From assembly GCF_004010195.1 (NCBI RefSeq), contig NC_057720.1, forward strand, positions 4,387,800 through 4,451,799: a DNA stretch of 64,000 bases, in the 5' to 3' direction. This stretch comes from Chiloscyllium plagiosum (Eukaryota). The position numbers and the translations under genes were made by a program. Positions 62,677 through 64,000 of the stretch are shown here, in pieces (position 1 is the first letter of the stretch; each line of letters starts with the position of its first letter). The notes under the pieces are model-generated. The model saw only the letters and a list, made by a program, of their open reading frames with translations. It was not told the DNA's origin and made no database searches.

Positions 62677-63237
62677 GAGAAAGTGAGGGCTGCAGATGTT
62701 GGAGATCAGAGCTGAAAATGTGTTGCTGGAAAAGCACAGCAGGTCAGGCAGCATCCAAGGAACAGGAGAATCGACGTTTCCGGCATAAACCCTTCTTCAG
62801 GAATGAGGAAACTGGAGAAATCTGAGTTCATCCCTTGTGGTGCAACACGACGGTTGGAGGAAGAGCGCCTCATCTTCTGTCTGGGAACCCTCTAATCACA
62901 AGGGATGAACTCAGATTTCTCCAGTTTCCTCATTTCCCCTCCCCCCACCTTGTCTCAGTCAAATCCCTCGAACTCAGCACCGTCTTCCTAACCTGCAATC
63001 TTCTTCTTGACCTCTCCGCCTCCACCCCACTCCAGCCTATCACCCTCACCTTGACCCCCCTCCACCTATTGCATTCCCAACGCCCCTCCCCCAAGTCCCT
63101 CCTCCCTACCTTTTATCTTAGCCTGCTGGACACACTTTCCTCATTCCTGAAGAAGGGATTATGCCCAAAACGTCAATTCTCCTGTTCCTTGGATGCTGCC
63201 TGACCTGCTGCGCTTTTCCAGCAACACATTTTCAGCT
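62677..63237 (+). mobile_element. Penelope-like 3' end (GIY-YIG C-terminal remnant + terminal repeat) with inverted 5' arm
   Basis: 14-bp TSD ctgattgactgcag (62663-62676 / 63238-63251); LEEERLIFCLGTL*SQGMNSDFS at ~62854-62922; hammerhead-like core at ~63147-63176. Confidence 0.8.
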
Positions 63238-63379
63238 CTGATTGACTGCAGTCCCTTAACTTTTGCACATGATCATTTACTTGGAGCACATGCCTTGTGT
63301 TTGCCACATAAACTGCTGGCACATACTATCCTCATTACTCAATCCATCCTCATTACTGAAGTTTCTCATTCCTGAAACC

Positions 63380-63730
63380 ATTCTTGTAAAAAGCTTTTCT
63401 CCAATGAGTTCACATCTTTCTGATAATGTGTTGCACAGAACTGTACACAATAGTCCAGGTGAGGTCTGGCAAGCTCCTGATACAAGTTCAATATCCCCTT
63501 CTTGCTCTTGTATTTAATGTCCCTATTACTAAAGCTGCTTTGCTTATGCTTTCCATATTTTCAATGATCTGTGCATGTATACATCCAGGTCCTTTTGCTG
63601 TTACACCCACTTTAAAATTGTTCCCTTCTATTTTGTATTGTCTTTCAATGTTCTTTTCACCAAAGTGTACCACCTCATACTTTTCTTCATTGATGTCATC
63701 TGCCACCTAACCACCCAATCCACCTCGATA
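63380..63730 (-). mobile_element. Old CR1 fragment
   Basis: KYEVVHFGEKN remnant. Confidence 0.65.
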
Positions 63731-64000
63731 TGGAAACATACTGTCATTCTTTCATTCCTGATGGATAAAATCCTTGAACTTCCTTCCTCGTACCAGACAT
63801 AACATAAGACCATGGACAGCAGTGTCTCAGAAACATAGGTGGCCAGCACCATTTCAAAGGCAGTCAGGGAATGGAGATAAATAGTATCCTTGCCAGAGAT
63901 ATCACCATCAAAGGAAGGAAGGAAGGAAAGAAATAAAAACTTATTTAAAATGGTATCAGGTGATCACAGTTTCCGGTTTACATCGAGTACAGCTACTTCA

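Noticed and set aside
10495..63237. Palindromic repeats as CRISPR repeats, terminators or MITEs
   Set aside because: The context is eukaryotic, the copies are dispersed rather than arrayed, the arms are asymmetric, TSD lengths vary and one copy carries a GIY-YIG remnant.
40500..64000. Exons of a downstream neighbour gene or another vtg paralog
   Set aside because: No recognisable non-TE coding exons with splice signals were found by eye; small exons cannot be excluded.

Overview
Eukaryotic genomic DNA. The HE1-type V-SINEs and dense CR1 LINEs point to an elasmobranch (shark/ray), by inference. The only host gene I can support is the 3' part of a + strand vitellogenin gene. It has 14 exons from 283 to the stop at 40339, all with GT-AG boundaries and matching phases, and they splice to 2085 nt (694 aa plus stop). 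They encode the end of lipovitellin heavy chain, a short Ser-rich phosvitin-like exon, lipovitellin light chain, the vWD domain (CGICG) and the Cys-rich C-terminus, with AATAAA at 40490. Almost everything else is retroelement-derived: many nested CR1 LINEs (one with an uninterrupted ~750-codon ORF2 fragment), L2-like and Rex1-like fragments, two tRNA-SINE families, a Gypsy LTR/gag remnant and a Penelope-like element (RT + GIY-YIG). There are also about 20 short, often palindromic, Penelope-derived insertions carrying minimal hammerhead-ribozyme cores. The most notable oddities are an exact 80-bp copy of vtg coding sequence pasted into the upstream intron, an insertion whose TSD duplicated a vtg splice donor, and an 84-bp TSD. 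I see no evidence for a wholly new gene system. The hammerhead-bearing short elements are the best candidate for an under-described system. No database searches were run.
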